64,000 nt of DNA, taken from an uncultured cyanobacterium. Lineage in GTDB: Bacteria; Cyanobacteriota; Cyanobacteriia; CAKZMO01. Location: contig CAVRCJ010000013.1 of NCBI GenBank assembly GCA_963719515.1, forward strand, positions 96,001-160,000, read 5' to 3'. Each line of letters begins with the position of its first letter. The stretch's first letter is position 1. A model generated the notes under the pieces. That model saw only the letters and a list, made by a program, of their open reading frames with translations, was not told the DNA's origin and did no database searches. Positions 17,889-28,618 of the stretch are shown piece after piece. Position numbers and translations under genes: made by a program.

Positions 17889-20800
17889 TCACTGCCAATC
17901 TCTCAGCCCGGCAAGATAGCTCTGCAGCGTAGCGGCAAGCTGATACCGGCGGGTCTCAAAGCTAGCTGCGACCCAGATTAGGCCAAGCCCCACCAATAGC
18001 CCGAGCGCCCACTTCAACATAGGGTAGGCGAACACTAAAAGCACCATCTGGTAGAGCGCGATCGCCAAGAACGTCGCCGTCCCCACGTAGAGGGCTGCCC
18101 GGATGCGTAGGCCCAGGCCCACGGCAATACCCGCAAGACCAAAGGCCCCTGGAACAGTTCCGGGCTGGGCATGATACCCCAGCGCGAACAGGGCGATCAC
18201 CCCTAGCCCAAGGCAGCGAAGCCCGTGGCGCAGCGATCGCCCCCTTGCCGATTGGCAGGCGGGCTCAAACCCGGTGACGCCCAAAACCAGCAGCCCCACG
18301 AGACAGGCTTTAGCAAAGGCCCCTTCCTCCGGCAGCAAGGCCCACGCCCACCAGCCCACCAGCGACAGAGCGATGTAGAGCCAGCGGGGCTGCTGCCGCT
18401 GCTGAGCCAGCCAGCCGTAAAAGAGTGCCATCGCCAGCAGGCTCACCCCGTTAAGCGCCTCTAGGTTAAGTGCATTCAGGTTCAAAGCCTCCAGGTTCAA
18501 CACCTGAAGATCCCGCAGCAGAACACTGCCTGCTGCTCCCAAAGGCGCTATCATCGCCGCCAGTCGCCAGGGACGAGGAGACCAGCCCCACCGCCGCCAG
18601 GGCAGTAGATACGCCGCCGCCGCTGCTAGGGAAGCGATCGCCCCTGTCCAAGGCTGGGTCACTGCCCCCAAAACGCTTAAAGCCGGTACCGTCAGCCCGA
18701 GGTAAAGCGCTAGGGCTGCAGCTTCAAGCAGCCCCAAGGAGACCCAAATCTCGCCCGCACCGATTGCGCTGGGCCTTTCATCCAAGCGGCGGCCCTGCAG
18801 GATGGCATAGCGCGTGAGGAAAACTCCGGCCCCCAAACCCGCTAGCTGGTGGGCCGCTGCAGGGTAAAAAACTGCGCCAACGAGCAGCAGACTGCCGAGC
18901 GCCCAGTGTAGATGGGAGATGAGGAGCAACTCCTCTCTTGTGAGGCGCAAACAGCCTGTTAGCCAAGGAGCCAGGATGCGGTAGGCATAGACCATGGCGG
19001 CTGACAGTGCCGCCATCGCCAGCAGCTGGTCCCCCAGCAGTAGTCCTCTCACCTGTCCCAGCAGCAGCTCGTAGGCCGATAGGGAAATGCCCGCCACGGC
19101 CAAATACAGCAGGGGTTTAAAGGCCGCCCGCCGCCGCCCAACCCCTATCGCAATCAGCATTAGGCCCAGGGTGCTCAGCCCCGTCCAGCTTGCCAAAAGA
19201 TTCCACCGCAGCAGACTGCCTAGCGCCCCATAGGCGAGGGGCAAAATGTGCCAGCAGCGCAGCATGGCGGTGCGCTGGGTTCGTCGATGCCACCAGTCTC
19301 CCATCAGCTGGGCAACTAGCCCCAGCACCGTATTGGCGATCGCCAGCGCCACCAGCGATCGCCCGGTTAGGCCCAAGACCTCCAGGGTCAGCAGCTCTAG
19401 GCTCCAGCCTGAAACACAGAGTATCCAGTTGGTTGGCTGCTTCCAGGTGCGGTAGACCGCAAACCCTGCGGCAACAGCAGCAGCAGCGATCGCAGGCGGT
19501 GACGCTTCGACCAGTCCCCAATAGAGGAGCAGAGAATGGGCGGTCAGCGCCACTAGCGTCAGCCCTCCAAGGGCGATGGCCCACCGCGCCACGGCCCGAC
19601 TATAGGCTGTGGCCAATGGACCCGGTCGCTGCTGCAATGGGCTGTAAATTAGGCCCAAACCGACGACGGCGATCGCGGCGATCAGCAGATAGTAGGGTAC
19701 CGCTTGCTCGACCGTCGTCGGTAGCCCCATCCACAGCAGCCCTATCCTCAGTAGAGAACCCGCAAGGGTTAGCCCTAGTCCGATGGTCACCGCTGCAGAA
19801 GCCCAATGCAGGAGTTTACGAGTTTGAATCGTCATGAGCAGGAGGCCCGCCGCCAGACTCAGCTCGCGGACCCAGGGCAAGCCCGCCGCCGGGATTTGCC
19901 CCACCACGATTACCGCGACGCTGAGCCACAGCCCCAAAGGACGGCAATGCCAGCTCCGGTAGGTCGCTGCCCCTATGAGCAGGAGGACGGTCAGCAGGGT
20001 GGGCAGCGGCGCTAGAAGCCTGCCAAGAGAAAGTGACGCTGGCGTTAGTACGGGTAAATTTCCCAAAGCTGCGAAGGTCGTAAGCCCCAAGCCGAAGCAG
20101 CACAAGGCAATCGCCCAGCGGTCTAAGGCCTGCCGGTAGATCTGCGCCAGCCGGGTATCCCGTCGGGCCAGCCGCTGCCGCAGACCCCAAAGCCCAAGGG
20201 GGGCGATCGCTCCCAGCAGCAGCCAGCTTGACCCGGAAAGCTGCGGCAGAAGTTGCCACACCAAGGCACCGACGAAGCTGAGACCAAAGCCGAGCGTGAG
20301 CGCTGCGACTAGGCGCTGCTGAAGATAGTAGGTGTTTGCCCACATCAGCCCCGTGGTGAGGCCCAAGCTCAGCAGCCGCACCTCGGGCACTCCTAGGGTT
20401 AGCGTTTGGGCTATCCCCAGGGCGACCCCGCTGAGCTGGCTAGCCAGCCGTCGTCGGCTGCGCACCTGAGCAATCCCTTCCGTCAGCGTGACGGGGACCA
20501 CCAGCCACAGCGCGCCCCAGAGGGGTGAGCCTACCGGGTGGCCTTGAAAGCTGCCGCCTTCCTGCGTCAGCAAGTTGGCCAGCAAACAGCCATAGGTGAG
20601 GCCGCTAAGGCTGAGGCCAAACCACCCGGCGCTTCGGTGAAGCAGCGCCGCGAAGGTGGCGGGTAGGGCAGGGGCTAGCGGTAGAGACGGCTTGAGGCTT
20701 AGCGTCCCTTCCCAAACGAAAAGCCCTAGTCCAATCGCGGCCCAGGGCACCAGCCCTAGCCTCGGCTGCAGTCCGTCAATCAGCCAGAAGGTGGTGAAAA

Positions 20801-22640
20801 GCCCGCCAAGATGAACAAATGCCGCTAGCGATCGCACCGCCCTGATAGAGAGAGGCGATCGCTCAAAAGACAGGTGTCGCCGCTGCTGCCGCTGAGTCAC
20901 CCACCCCAGGGCCAGGGTGGAAAATCCGAAGTTGACCGTTCGCAGGAGGGGAGAAACTAAGCTGAGCGCCATTAGAGCAGCGCCAAAGGCCAGGGCTATC
21001 CCGCCCGTAAATTTAGCCAGCCTGAGTCTGCGCAGTCGCGCTAGGCCATCGAATAAAACCAGGATTACCCCTAGATAGGGGAGCAGCGCCATGCTCAAGA
21101 GGGCAGCGGGGGCCGTCTCCGTTCCGGCCAGTCCGGCTGCTCCCGCTACCACCGCGTCTCGCCCAGACAGCGGAACAACCCGCCAAGCCAGCCAAACCAT
21201 CTGCAGCCCAGTGAGCAATAGACCGCTCAACGCAGCCCTACTCCAGGTGCGCAGCACCCTTCGGGCGAGCACCACAGCCCCCAGGCCACTTACCGCAAAC
21301 GCTTGCCCAGGAAGGGAAAAAACCGTCATCAGCCATCCCGACGCCAGCACTGCCCAGCCGAACCGTCGCCACCGGATGTGTAGCATAGAGGTCGTTATGA
21401 GGGGCGACTGCTGAATCAAGAGCCATCCGCTCAGTCCGATGGCTAGGCCAAAGAGGGGGAAGGGACTGCGGGCTGCGCAGAGGGCGCGCAGCAGCAAAAC
21501 GCCGATTGCGTAAATAATGGCGGCTCCAGCTCCATTAAACCCTGACGGGGCGATCGCTGCGGGCTTTGTAGGCGACGCAGCGGGCTGAGGAGAGTAATAT
21601 CGGCTCAAAACCGTCGTCCCCACAACCCCTAGATAGACTGCCCAGAAGGAAAAGTGCCCCAGTCCCCAGCCCAGATGAAGATAGCTCAAACCCAGGTAGA
21701 CCAATAGCGGAATCTCTGCTGAAAGCCGGTGGGATGACTTCCCAGAGTGAACCTCGGCTCTAAAGGGCCGCTGCGCCCGCAGGGTTTGAACCGTTAGCCC
21801 GGTCAGAGAAGCCAGGGCGATCGCCGCTACGACCCACTGCAGAGGCGATCGCCACAGCCCGAAGCTGTCTAGAACTAAGACATTGAGGGGCACTAGCAGC
21901 AGCGCAAGGATTCGCAGCGTTTGGGCTGTCAGCCGCAAATTAGCCTGTCGCCCCGCCCACAGGCTGCTGCCCCAAAACCCTAAGGTGTAGAGCCACAGAA
22001 TCCCATACTGCGCGTAGGGTGGAAATCTCTCCCACTGGCTAGCGGCCAGCACTCCTGAAGAGATGACCACCATAAAGGCCCCCAGCAGCAGCAGCCAGAG
22101 GACGCTTAGCTCTGTGGCCAAGTGCTGTAGGCTCTGCTTTAACCGGCTGGGGGGCTTTGGCGTTGCGATGGTAGAAGGCGGTTTGTCCTTGACCTGAGGC
22201 TTAGCTGCATTCAGCTGAGCCGGAACGGGCGGCCTCTGAGGCGCGGCGGGCGGCAGCGGGCATGTGAGGTGCGATTGATAGTGCTGGAGGTCGGCCTGAC
22301 ACAAAAGCCCTCGCTGCAGCCAGTCTTCTAGTCCGGCGAGCAGGCCCGGATGCTGTGGCGAAATTTTCACATCGACCGATAGTTCCACCTGAGACAGCAA
22401 CCCTAGCTGCAGCCAGCCTTCTAGCCCTGACAAAAAGGGCCCCGTCAAGGGCAGGGTCATGTCGAGGAGACCATCGGCCCGAGTCGCCGCCGCGACGCCG
22501 CTTCGGGCAGCACTTTGGACCTTGAGCTGCCCTTCGCTGACGAGCTTTAGCTCCAGCCAGGCCTGCAGTCCCGCTAGCAATGCCGATTGCTGGGTTCGGG
22601 TTGCGATTTGAATTGGGATAAGCCGACCAGAGGAGGACAT
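17889..22640 (-). CDS. very large integral membrane protein (DUF2157-like)
   Basis: 1583 aa; 'ELSVLWLLLLGAFMVVISSGVLAASQW' and C-terminal 'AASFETRR..' typical of this cyanobacterial family. Confidence 0.7.
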   Translation of the reverse strand: MSSSGRLIPIQIATRTQQSALLAGLQAWLELKLVSEGQLKVQSAARSGVAAATRADGLLDMTLPLTGPFLSGLEGWLQLGLLSQVELSVDVKISPQHPGLLAGLEDWLQRGLLCQADLQHYQSHLTCPLPPAAPQRPPVPAQLNAAKPQVKDKPPSTIATPKPPSRLKQSLQHLATELSVLWLLLLGAFMVVISSGVLAASQWERFPPYAQYGILWLYTLGFWGSSLWAGRQANLRLTAQTLRILALLLVPLNVLVLDSFGLWRSPLQWVVAAIALASLTGLTVQTLRAQRPFRAEVHSGKSSHRLSAEIPLLVYLGLSYLHLGWGLGHFSFWAVYLGVVGTTVLSRYYSPQPAASPTKPAAIAPSGFNGAGAAIIYAIGVLLLRALCAARSPFPLFGLAIGLSGWLLIQQSPLITTSMLHIRWRRFGWAVLASGWLMTVFSLPGQAFAVSGLGAVVLARRVLRTWSRAALSGLLLTGLQMVWLAWRVVPLSGRDAVVAGAAGLAGTETAPAALLSMALLPYLGVILVLFDGLARLRRLRLAKFTGGIALAFGAALMALSLVSPLLRTVNFGFSTLALGWVTQRQQRRHLSFERSPLSIRAVRSLAAFVHLGGLFTTFWLIDGLQPRLGLVPWAAIGLGLFVWEGTLSLKPSLPLAPALPATFAALLHRSAGWFGLSLSGLTYGCLLANLLTQEGGSFQGHPVGSPLWGALWLVVPVTLTEGIAQVRSRRRLASQLSGVALGIAQTLTLGVPEVRLLSLGLTTGLMWANTYYLQQRLVAALTLGFGLSFVGALVWQLLPQLSGSSWLLLGAIAPLGLWGLRQRLARRDTRLAQIYRQALDRWAIALCCFGLGLTTFAALGNLPVLTPASLSLGRLLAPLPTLLTVLLLIGAATYRSWHCRPLGLWLSVAVIVVGQIPAAGLPWVRELSLAAGLLLMTIQTRKLLHWASAAVTIGLGLTLAGSLLRIGLLWMGLPTTVEQAVPYYLLIAAIAVVGLGLIYSPLQQRPGPLATAYSRAVARWAIALGGLTLVALTAHSLLLYWGLVEASPPAIAAAAVAAGFAVYRTWKQPTNWILCVSGWSLELLTLEVLGLTGRSLVALAIANTVLGLVAQLMGDWWHRRTQRTAMLRCWHILPLAYGALGSLLRWNLLASWTGLSTLGLMLIAIGVGRRRAAFKPLLYLAVAGISLSAYELLLGQVRGLLLGDQLLAMAALSAAMVYAYRILAPWLTGCLRLTREELLLISHLHWALGSLLLVGAVFYPAAAHQLAGLGAGVFLTRYAILQGRRLDERPSAIGAGEIWVSLGLLEAAALALYLGLTVPALSVLGAVTQPWTGAIASLAAAAAYLLPWRRWGWSPRPWRLAAMIAPLGAAGSVLLRDLQVLNLEALNLNALNLEALNGVSLLAMALFYGWLAQQRQQPRWLYIALSLVGWWAWALLPEEGAFAKACLVGLLVLGVTGFEPACQSARGRSLRHGLRCLGLGVIALFALGYHAQPGTVPGAFGLAGIAVGLGLRIRAALYVGTATFLAIALYQMVLLVFAYPMLKWALGLLVGLGLIWVAASFETRRYQLAATLQSYLAGLRDWQ

Positions 22641-22862
22641 TGGTCACCTAACTCGGTGTGGAGGTCTGAGAGCAAGTCTAGGACGTCTGACCTCGAAACC
22701 CAGCTGCCTCAGTCCCATTTCCAGAAGCGTCATACCCCACAGCGCTCCCAAAAAGCAGACTCTCTTTAGAGAAACGCTATCTGGCTTAGGGAAAAGCTAG
22801 CTTTTTTGGGGTCTACGTGACATCCTCCCGACGCTGATGCTACGCATACAGCGCGGGCTTCC

Positions 22863-24059
22863 TCAGTGACTCCCAGCTACCGCTGAGACATTTCCTGAGA
22901 GATTAAGGGCTTGATGTCCCACAGCCCTATTCAATAGGTTGATAGCCGCGTTGTGGTCGCGACAGATCGTTAAGCCGCATGACGGGCAACTATGGACCCG
23001 ATCGGCCAGCGTCTTTGGTACCCGCTCACCACAACCCGAGCAATCAATGCTGGTTCCGCGTGGGTTCTCAGCGATGGTCATCTTTCCAGCTTTCGCGGCT
23101 TTGAAAGAGCCTGTCTCCAAGAATGTACCCCATGCGGCATCAGCGATTGACTTTGCCAGTCTGGTTCGAGCAAGTCCTTTGATGTTGAGCTTTTCATGAG
23201 CGACAACATCGTACTTTGAGAACAGCCAATCCCACACCTTAGAAAAGAAATCACGACGCTGACGCGATATTTTCAGATGCAGTTTGGCGATGCGATTTAC
23301 CTGCTTACGCCAGCGGTTAGAGCCCTTCTTCTGTCTCGATAGCTGCCGCTGCAGCTTGGATAGCTGCCGCTCTGAGCGTCGAAAGAACTGAGGGATAGGA
23401 ACGCTCTCACCGTCACTGGTAACCAAGAAATCCTTCAGCCCAACATCAACACCGACAGACTTAGCCCTATCGACATCCGGAGTAAGCATCGGAACGGCAT
23501 TGTTTTCCAGCAACAGGCTCACATACCAACCATCTGCTTTGCGAGTCACCTTGGCCGTTTTGACAGTAAACCCATCAGGTATCGGGCGATGAAGGATTAG
23601 CTTCACCTGGCCAATCTTAGGCAGGGTAATACGACTTCCATCGATGCAGTCAGGTTTCATCTGCGGGAACGTGAACGTCCTGTAGCGCCCCGCGCCTTTG
23701 AACCGAGGCTTGCCGCTACGCTTACCGTTTTTATCACCTTTGATGAAACGCTCGAACGTCTGCTTTACCTGCTTCGTCACCTCCTGAAGCGCTTGTGAGT
23801 GCAAATCTTTGTACCAGGGCCGCTCTCGCTTGAGAGGTACTAGGCTAGCCTTCTGGCTGTAGTAATTAGGATTATCTTTGAGTGGCGCAAGGCTACAGGT
23901 GAGTGGGCAGGCGTTGACCGAACAGCGGTTCATCTCCCACCAGTCGAAGCGCTCAGCCAGCAACCAGTTGTACTGTGCCCGAAGCATATCTAGCCATCGG
24001 GTCATAGTAACCGTTTGCTCAGCCGCTGGACGCAACTTGTACTGATAAGTGACTTTCAT
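22863..24059 (-). CDS. tnpB: RNA-guided endonuclease TnpB (398 aa)
   Basis: N-terminal YQYKLRP HTH; RuvC residues GVDVG, HEKL, RDHNAA; CSGC..CPSC zinc finger. Confidence 0.95.
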   Translation of the reverse strand: MKVTYQYKLRPAAEQTVTMTRWLDMLRAQYNWLLAERFDWWEMNRCSVNACPLTCSLAPLKDNPNYYSQKASLVPLKRERPWYKDLHSQALQEVTKQVKQTFERFIKGDKNGKRSGKPRFKGAGRYRTFTFPQMKPDCIDGSRITLPKIGQVKLILHRPIPDGFTVKTAKVTRKADGWYVSLLLENNAVPMLTPDVDRAKSVGVDVGLKDFLVTSDGESVPIPQFFRRSERQLSKLQRQLSRQKKGSNRWRKQVNRIAKLHLKISRQRRDFFSKVWDWLFSKYDVVAHEKLNIKGLARTRLAKSIADAAWGTFLETGSFKAAKAGKMTIAENPRGTSIDCSGCGERVPKTLADRVHSCPSCGLTICRDHNAAINLLNRAVGHQALNLSGNVSAVAGSH

Positions 24060-24092
24060 GCAATAATGATAGCATATTGACATCAGAACGAC

Positions 24093-24404
24093 ATGCAGCA
24101 AATAACTATTAGAGCCGCTGACAGAGAAAAGCAGCATCTTGACAAGTATTGTGAGATGACCGAAAGAACTATCAACGATGTCCTTAGGGCAATAGTCCGG
24201 ACACTTTTCTGGACAAGTGCCGAAACCATTGATTTCTCGTTGACCGAGCTGCTGTAGAAGAGGCTTGAAACCCTCATTCCACCGTTAGCCATCAAAAACT
24301 GTCCGGAGTGTTGTAGGGAGTACATCCGAAGTTTGGCCGTCTCCGGGGCATTGAGCCCCATCGACGACCGCGACTCTCATCCCGACGCTCACCCTGACGG
24401 GTAG
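24093..24404 (+). pseudogene. ribbon-helix-helix (CopG-like) gene interrupted by a MITE
   Basis: Removing 24190-24318 restores a 60-aa ORF MQQITIRAADREKQHLDKYCEMTERTINDVLREYIRSLAVSGALSPIDDRDSHPDAHPDG. Confidence 0.8.
24190..24313. mobile_element. 124-bp MITE with 19-bp imperfect TIRs and a 5-bp TSD
   Basis: Left TIR CAATAGTCCGGACACTTTT, right TIR (reverse complement) CAACACTCCGGACAGTTTT; TAGGG duplicated at 24185-24189 and 24314-24318. Confidence 0.9.
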
Positions 24405-24443
24405 AGCGCGGGGCTTCCTGTCTAGTAGCTAAATTTTGTGAGC

Positions 24444-25748
24444 TCAGCAGCGGGCGATCGCCGCCGCAATTTCTTCAAACGGAGGGCGCTCATCCGGGTT
24501 CGTCTCCAGGCAGCGATCTTGGAGATGGCGTAGTGTAGCTTGGTCCGGCCCGGCAGCCCGGCAGCGCTCTAGAAGCTCTTCAAGAAAACAGCCGAAAGCG
24601 CGCACCTCTAAGCGCTCCAGCCTCACTGCAAACTGGGAAGGGGAGGCCCTGTAAAAAGACGCCGCCCCAAAGTCTCCCAGGAGACTCTCCCCCTGAGCAT
24701 TGTGCAAAATGTTGTGGGCGTAGAGGTCGCCGTGGAGAATTCCCGCCCCGTGGAGATGGGCCGCTGCGGCGGCAATACTTGCTGCGATGCGCATCACCTG
24801 AGAAAGCGTGAATGCGGTATCCGCAGGGTAGGTGTCGCGGGTGCAGGTCTCAAGACTGGGGGGCTGCCCCAGACTGACGTAGTCCGACGGAATTAGGGGC
24901 AAGACCAGCCCCGCTTTTCCCTCGGGATGATTGACCGTCTGGCCGATGGCGGTGATTAGGTGGGGGTGAGATCCCGCCGCCATACAGGCCCGCATTTCGT
25001 CTAGGGGCAGTCCGTCGCTGGTCACCTGTCCCTTGAAGAGCTTGATGGCCACCAGTTTGGGTCCATTAGCCCTGCGCCAAATGCCCGCAAAGATAGTGCC
25101 AGAGGCCCCCTGTCCCAAGATCTCTCCCGGCTGTAGCTCGGACCAGTCCACCTTAGGCAGCTCGATGCCTGGGTCAAGATGCCCGTCGCTGGGGCAGCAG
25201 GGGTTGCCGCCGTAGGCCAGCCAGGACAGGCGCGGCAGCTGAAACAGCCAGTCGGGTAGGGTTTCAAGTCGGTTGGCGGACAGGCGAATTAGCTCTAGCC
25301 GATGACAGGCCGAGAGGTCAGGCAGCGATCGCAGTCGGTTGCCCGCCAGCATCAGCTTCTGCAGGTGCGTCATCTTCCCGAGGGCCTCCGGCAGCTGCTC
25401 AATACGGTTGTCGGTGAGGATCAGCCAGCGCAGAGCCGGGGGGAGGGCGCGATCGCCAACGGTCTCGATTTGATTGGCCTTAAACCCCACCATAGAGAGC
25501 TGGGGGCATTGGGAGAGCACCTCCGGCAGGTGGTCGAAGCAGTTGTTGGAAAAAAAGACAACTTTGAGCCGGCTCAGCCGACCAAAGTCATCGGGGAGCT
25601 TTGTCAATCGGTTCCCCGTCAGGTTGAGCACCTCTAGGGTTTCCGCCAGCTCATAGATTTCAGGCGGAAACTCGGTGAGACCGTAGGCCAAATCGAGCCG
25701 CCGAGAACCCCTGAGCGTTCCAGCCTGCAGCGCAGCTAGAGTATTCAT
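24444..25748 (-). CDS. leucine-rich repeat-containing Ser/Thr protein kinase
   Basis: N-terminal LRRs, GQGASG, VAIK, HGDLYAHN, GDFGAA. Confidence 0.9.
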   Translation of the reverse strand: MNTLAALQAGTLRGSRRLDLAYGLTEFPPEIYELAETLEVLNLTGNRLTKLPDDFGRLSRLKVVFFSNNCFDHLPEVLSQCPQLSMVGFKANQIETVGDRALPPALRWLILTDNRIEQLPEALGKMTHLQKLMLAGNRLRSLPDLSACHRLELIRLSANRLETLPDWLFQLPRLSWLAYGGNPCCPSDGHLDPGIELPKVDWSELQPGEILGQGASGTIFAGIWRRANGPKLVAIKLFKGQVTSDGLPLDEMRACMAAGSHPHLITAIGQTVNHPEGKAGLVLPLIPSDYVSLGQPPSLETCTRDTYPADTAFTLSQVMRIAASIAAAAAHLHGAGILHGDLYAHNILHNAQGESLLGDFGAASFYRASPSQFAVRLERLEVRAFGCFLEELLERCRAAGPDQATLRHLQDRCLETNPDERPPFEEIAAAIARC

Positions 25749-25753
25749 CGTCC

Positions 25754-28363
25754 CTAAGCGCGGCTTCCCGCGGGCATCCCCAAGATATCCTCAATGCGGG
25801 GCATGTCTTCTAGAGGTACCACCCGGCCTTCATCCTCAAACCCGGCCATCTGGTTGAAGTTGAGGTAGCGATACAGCTCACCTGCGAACGGGTTGATTTT
25901 GCTTGCCACCACGTCTTTGTACTCTTCTACCGTGGGAATACGGCCCAGCAGGGCGCAGGCCGCCGCGAGCTCCGCCGACCCCAAATAGACGCGAGCGCCT
26001 TTCCCCATGCGGTTGTTAAAGTTGCGGGTGGAGGTAGACATGACCGTTGCGCCGTCGGCCACTCTAGCCTGGTTACCCATACATAGGGAGCATCCCGGCA
26101 TTTCGGTGCGGGCCCCCGCAGCGGCAAAGGTGCCGTAGTAGCCTTCCTCCCGCAGCTGCTTTTCATCCATGCGAGTGGGGGGACAAATCCACAGGCGACC
26201 GCTGGCGGGACCGGCGTTTTCCAGCACCTTGGCGGCGGCGCGGTAGTGGCCAATGTTGGTCATGCAAGAGCCGATAAACACCTCGTCGATGCTGTCGTTG
26301 GCTACCTCAGACAGAGTTTTAATTTTATCGGGATCGTTGGGGGCGGCTACCAGCGGCTCGGTGATCTCGTTGAGGTTCACCTCAATTACCTCGGCGTATT
26401 CTGCGTCCGGGTCCGCCGACATCAGCTGTGGATTCGCCAGCCAGGTCTCCATTTGGGCAATGCGCCGCGTTAAGGTGCGGGCGTCTTCGTAGCCCCGGGC
26501 GATCATATTGCGCATCAGGGCGACGTTAGAGCGCAGGTATTCGGCGATGGTGGCTTCGCTGAGCTTAATGGTGCAGCCCGCGCAGGAGCGCTCTGCAGAA
26601 GCATCCGTGAGCTCGAACGCCTGCTCTAGCTTCAGGTCGGGCAGACCCTCCATCTCCATAATCCGGCCTGAAAACACGTTTATTTTGTTTTTAGACTCGA
26701 CGGTGAGCAGTCCCTTTTGGATGGCCACGTAGGGGATAGCGTTGACCACATCCCGCAGCGTGATGCCCGGCTGCAGCTCACCGGTAAAGCGCACCAGCAC
26801 CGATTCCGGCATATCTAGCGGCATCGCGCCAATGGCGGCGGCAAAGGCGACCAGACCAGAACCGGCTGGGAAGGAGATGCCCAGGGGGAAGCGGGTGTGG
26901 GAGTCGCCGCCTGTCCCTACGGTGTCGGGCAGCAGCATGCGGTTGAGCCAGGAGTGGATGATGCCGTCGCCGGGGCGCAGGGCGACGCCACCGCGCGAGG
27001 CGAAAAAGTCCGGCAAGTCCTGGTGGGTCTCAACGTCGGTAGGTTTGGGGTAAGCCGCCGTGTGGCAAAAGCTCTGCATCACCAAATCGGCGCTAAAGCC
27101 CAGGCAGGCTAGCTCTTTCATCTCATCGCGGGTCATGGGACCGGTGGTATCCTGGGACCCCACGGTGGTCATCAGCGGCTCGCAGGAGGTGCCGGGGCGC
27201 ACGCCAGAGAGACCGCAGGCCTTGCCCACCATCTTTTGGGCTAGGGTAAAGCCTTTGCCGGTATCTTCCGGTTGGGCCGGGCGAGTGAAAACGTCGCTGG
27301 GCTCTAGGCCGAGGGCAATTCGGGTTTTGTCGGTGAGCGATCGCCCAATCATCAGCGGAATCCGTCCCCCGGCCCGCACTTCATCTAGGATGGTTTCGGG
27401 CTTCAGGGTGAAGGTGGAAACCGTCTCGCCAGCTTCGTTGGTGATTTTCCCGTCGTACGGGTGGAGGGTAATCACCATGCCGGTTTCTAGGCTATTGACA
27501 TCGCACTCAATGGGGAACGCCCCCGAGTCCTCAGCCGTATTAAAAAAGATGGGGGCAATGCTATTGCCTAAAATCACGCCGCCGCTCCGCTTATTGGGCA
27601 CATGGGGAATATCTTCGCCAATGTGCCAAATCACCGAGTTCATGGCGGATTTACGGGAAGATCCTGTACCCACCACATCGCCCACATAGGCTAGCGAATG
27701 GCCCTTCTCCTTCAGGGTAGCAATGGTCTCCAGAGCATCCGGCATCAGCGACTCCAGCATCACCAAACCGTGCAGCGGGATGTCGGCACGGGTGGTGGCG
27801 TGGGGGGCGGGGGAGAGGTCATCGGTGTTGGTCTCGCCGGGCACCTTAAATACTGTGACGGTGATGGTCTCGGGCACCTTGGGCTTGGCGGTAAACCAGT
27901 CGGCGTTGGCCCAGGCGTCTACCACCCGCTTGGCGTAGCTGTTGCTGCCTGCCAGCGTCATCACGTCATTGAAGGCGTCGTACACCAGCAGGGTTTTGCT
28001 CAAGGCGTCGGCAGCCAGCTCGGCCAGCGCTTCGTCTTCAAGTTTGAGGGTATCGATTAGTGCCTGGACGTTGTAGCCGCCCAGCATGGTGCCCAACAGC
28101 CGCACCGCTTCGGCGGGAGAGACCAATGGAGAGGTCACCTCACCTTTGGCGATCGCTGCTAAAAACGACGCCTTGACGTAAGAGGCTTGGTCCACGCCGG
28201 GGGGAATGCGATCGCTCAGCAGGTGTAGGAGAAAGTCGCTTTCGCCCTCAGGGGGGGCTTTGAGCAGCTCGCACAGCTCTGCGGTTTGCCCGGCGGTCAG
28301 CGGCAAGGGGGGAACACCCAACGCCTCTCGCTCTGCAGCCTGTTGACGATATGACTTCAGCAT
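25754..28363 (-). CDS. acnB: aconitate hydratase B
   Basis: 869 aa; [35 protein letters not shown]. Confidence 0.97.
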   Translation of the reverse strand: MLKSYRQQAAEREALGVPPLPLTAGQTAELCELLKAPPEGESDFLLHLLSDRIPPGVDQASYVKASFLAAIAKGEVTSPLVSPAEAVRLLGTMLGGYNVQALIDTLKLEDEALAELAADALSKTLLVYDAFNDVMTLAGSNSYAKRVVDAWANADWFTAKPKVPETITVTVFKVPGETNTDDLSPAPHATTRADIPLHGLVMLESLMPDALETIATLKEKGHSLAYVGDVVGTGSSRKSAMNSVIWHIGEDIPHVPNKRSGGVILGNSIAPIFFNTAEDSGAFPIECDVNSLETGMVITLHPYDGKITNEAGETVSTFTLKPETILDEVRAGGRIPLMIGRSLTDKTRIALGLEPSDVFTRPAQPEDTGKGFTLAQKMVGKACGLSGVRPGTSCEPLMTTVGSQDTTGPMTRDEMKELACLGFSADLVMQSFCHTAAYPKPTDVETHQDLPDFFASRGGVALRPGDGIIHSWLNRMLLPDTVGTGGDSHTRFPLGISFPAGSGLVAFAAAIGAMPLDMPESVLVRFTGELQPGITLRDVVNAIPYVAIQKGLLTVESKNKINVFSGRIMEMEGLPDLKLEQAFELTDASAERSCAGCTIKLSEATIAEYLRSNVALMRNMIARGYEDARTLTRRIAQMETWLANPQLMSADPDAEYAEVIEVNLNEITEPLVAAPNDPDKIKTLSEVANDSIDEVFIGSCMTNIGHYRAAAKVLENAGPASGRLWICPPTRMDEKQLREEGYYGTFAAAGARTEMPGCSLCMGNQARVADGATVMSTSTRNFNNRMGKGARVYLGSAELAAACALLGRIPTVEEYKDVVASKINPFAGELYRYLNFNQMAGFEDEGRVVPLEDMPRIEDILGMPAGSRA

Positions 28364-28618
28364 TCTTATTTCCCCAGAAAAAACAGCGCCCTAGCCAGAT
28401 GATAGCGCTTTAAATCACCAATCATCCTAACAGGAAATCACTGCGAATATGGTGCGCTCGTGCTGAAGGAAAGCGCTTTGTGTGGAGGGGCTGACTTTTT
28501 GGAGGGATAGGGCGACACAGAACATTGCCCCCGAACGCCGACTCAGCATTTGGGCTTGAGATCGCCTTTGCGAGGACGCTGACCTTTACTAAGCAAAGGC
28601 CTCTATTTATTCTTTAAA

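Larger units (their letters stand above)
22817..24428 (-). mobile_element. IS200/IS605-family element (tnpB plus divergent RHH gene, no tnpA)
   Basis: Subterminal hairpins CCCGACGCT...AGCGCGGG at 22827-22858 and 24381-24412; the right end finishes ...GATGTCAC; TTTAG lies just outside the left end (minus strand). Boundaries are +/- a few bp. Confidence 0.85.

Noticed and set aside
22863..24059. Cas12 or catalytically dead TnpB (TldR) regulator
   Set aside because: RuvC triad is intact, transposon ends are present and there is no CRISPR array.
24083..24361. 92-aa minus-strand ORF as TnpA
   Set aside because: No HUH or catalytic Tyr motif; it is the antisense of the RHH gene plus the MITE.
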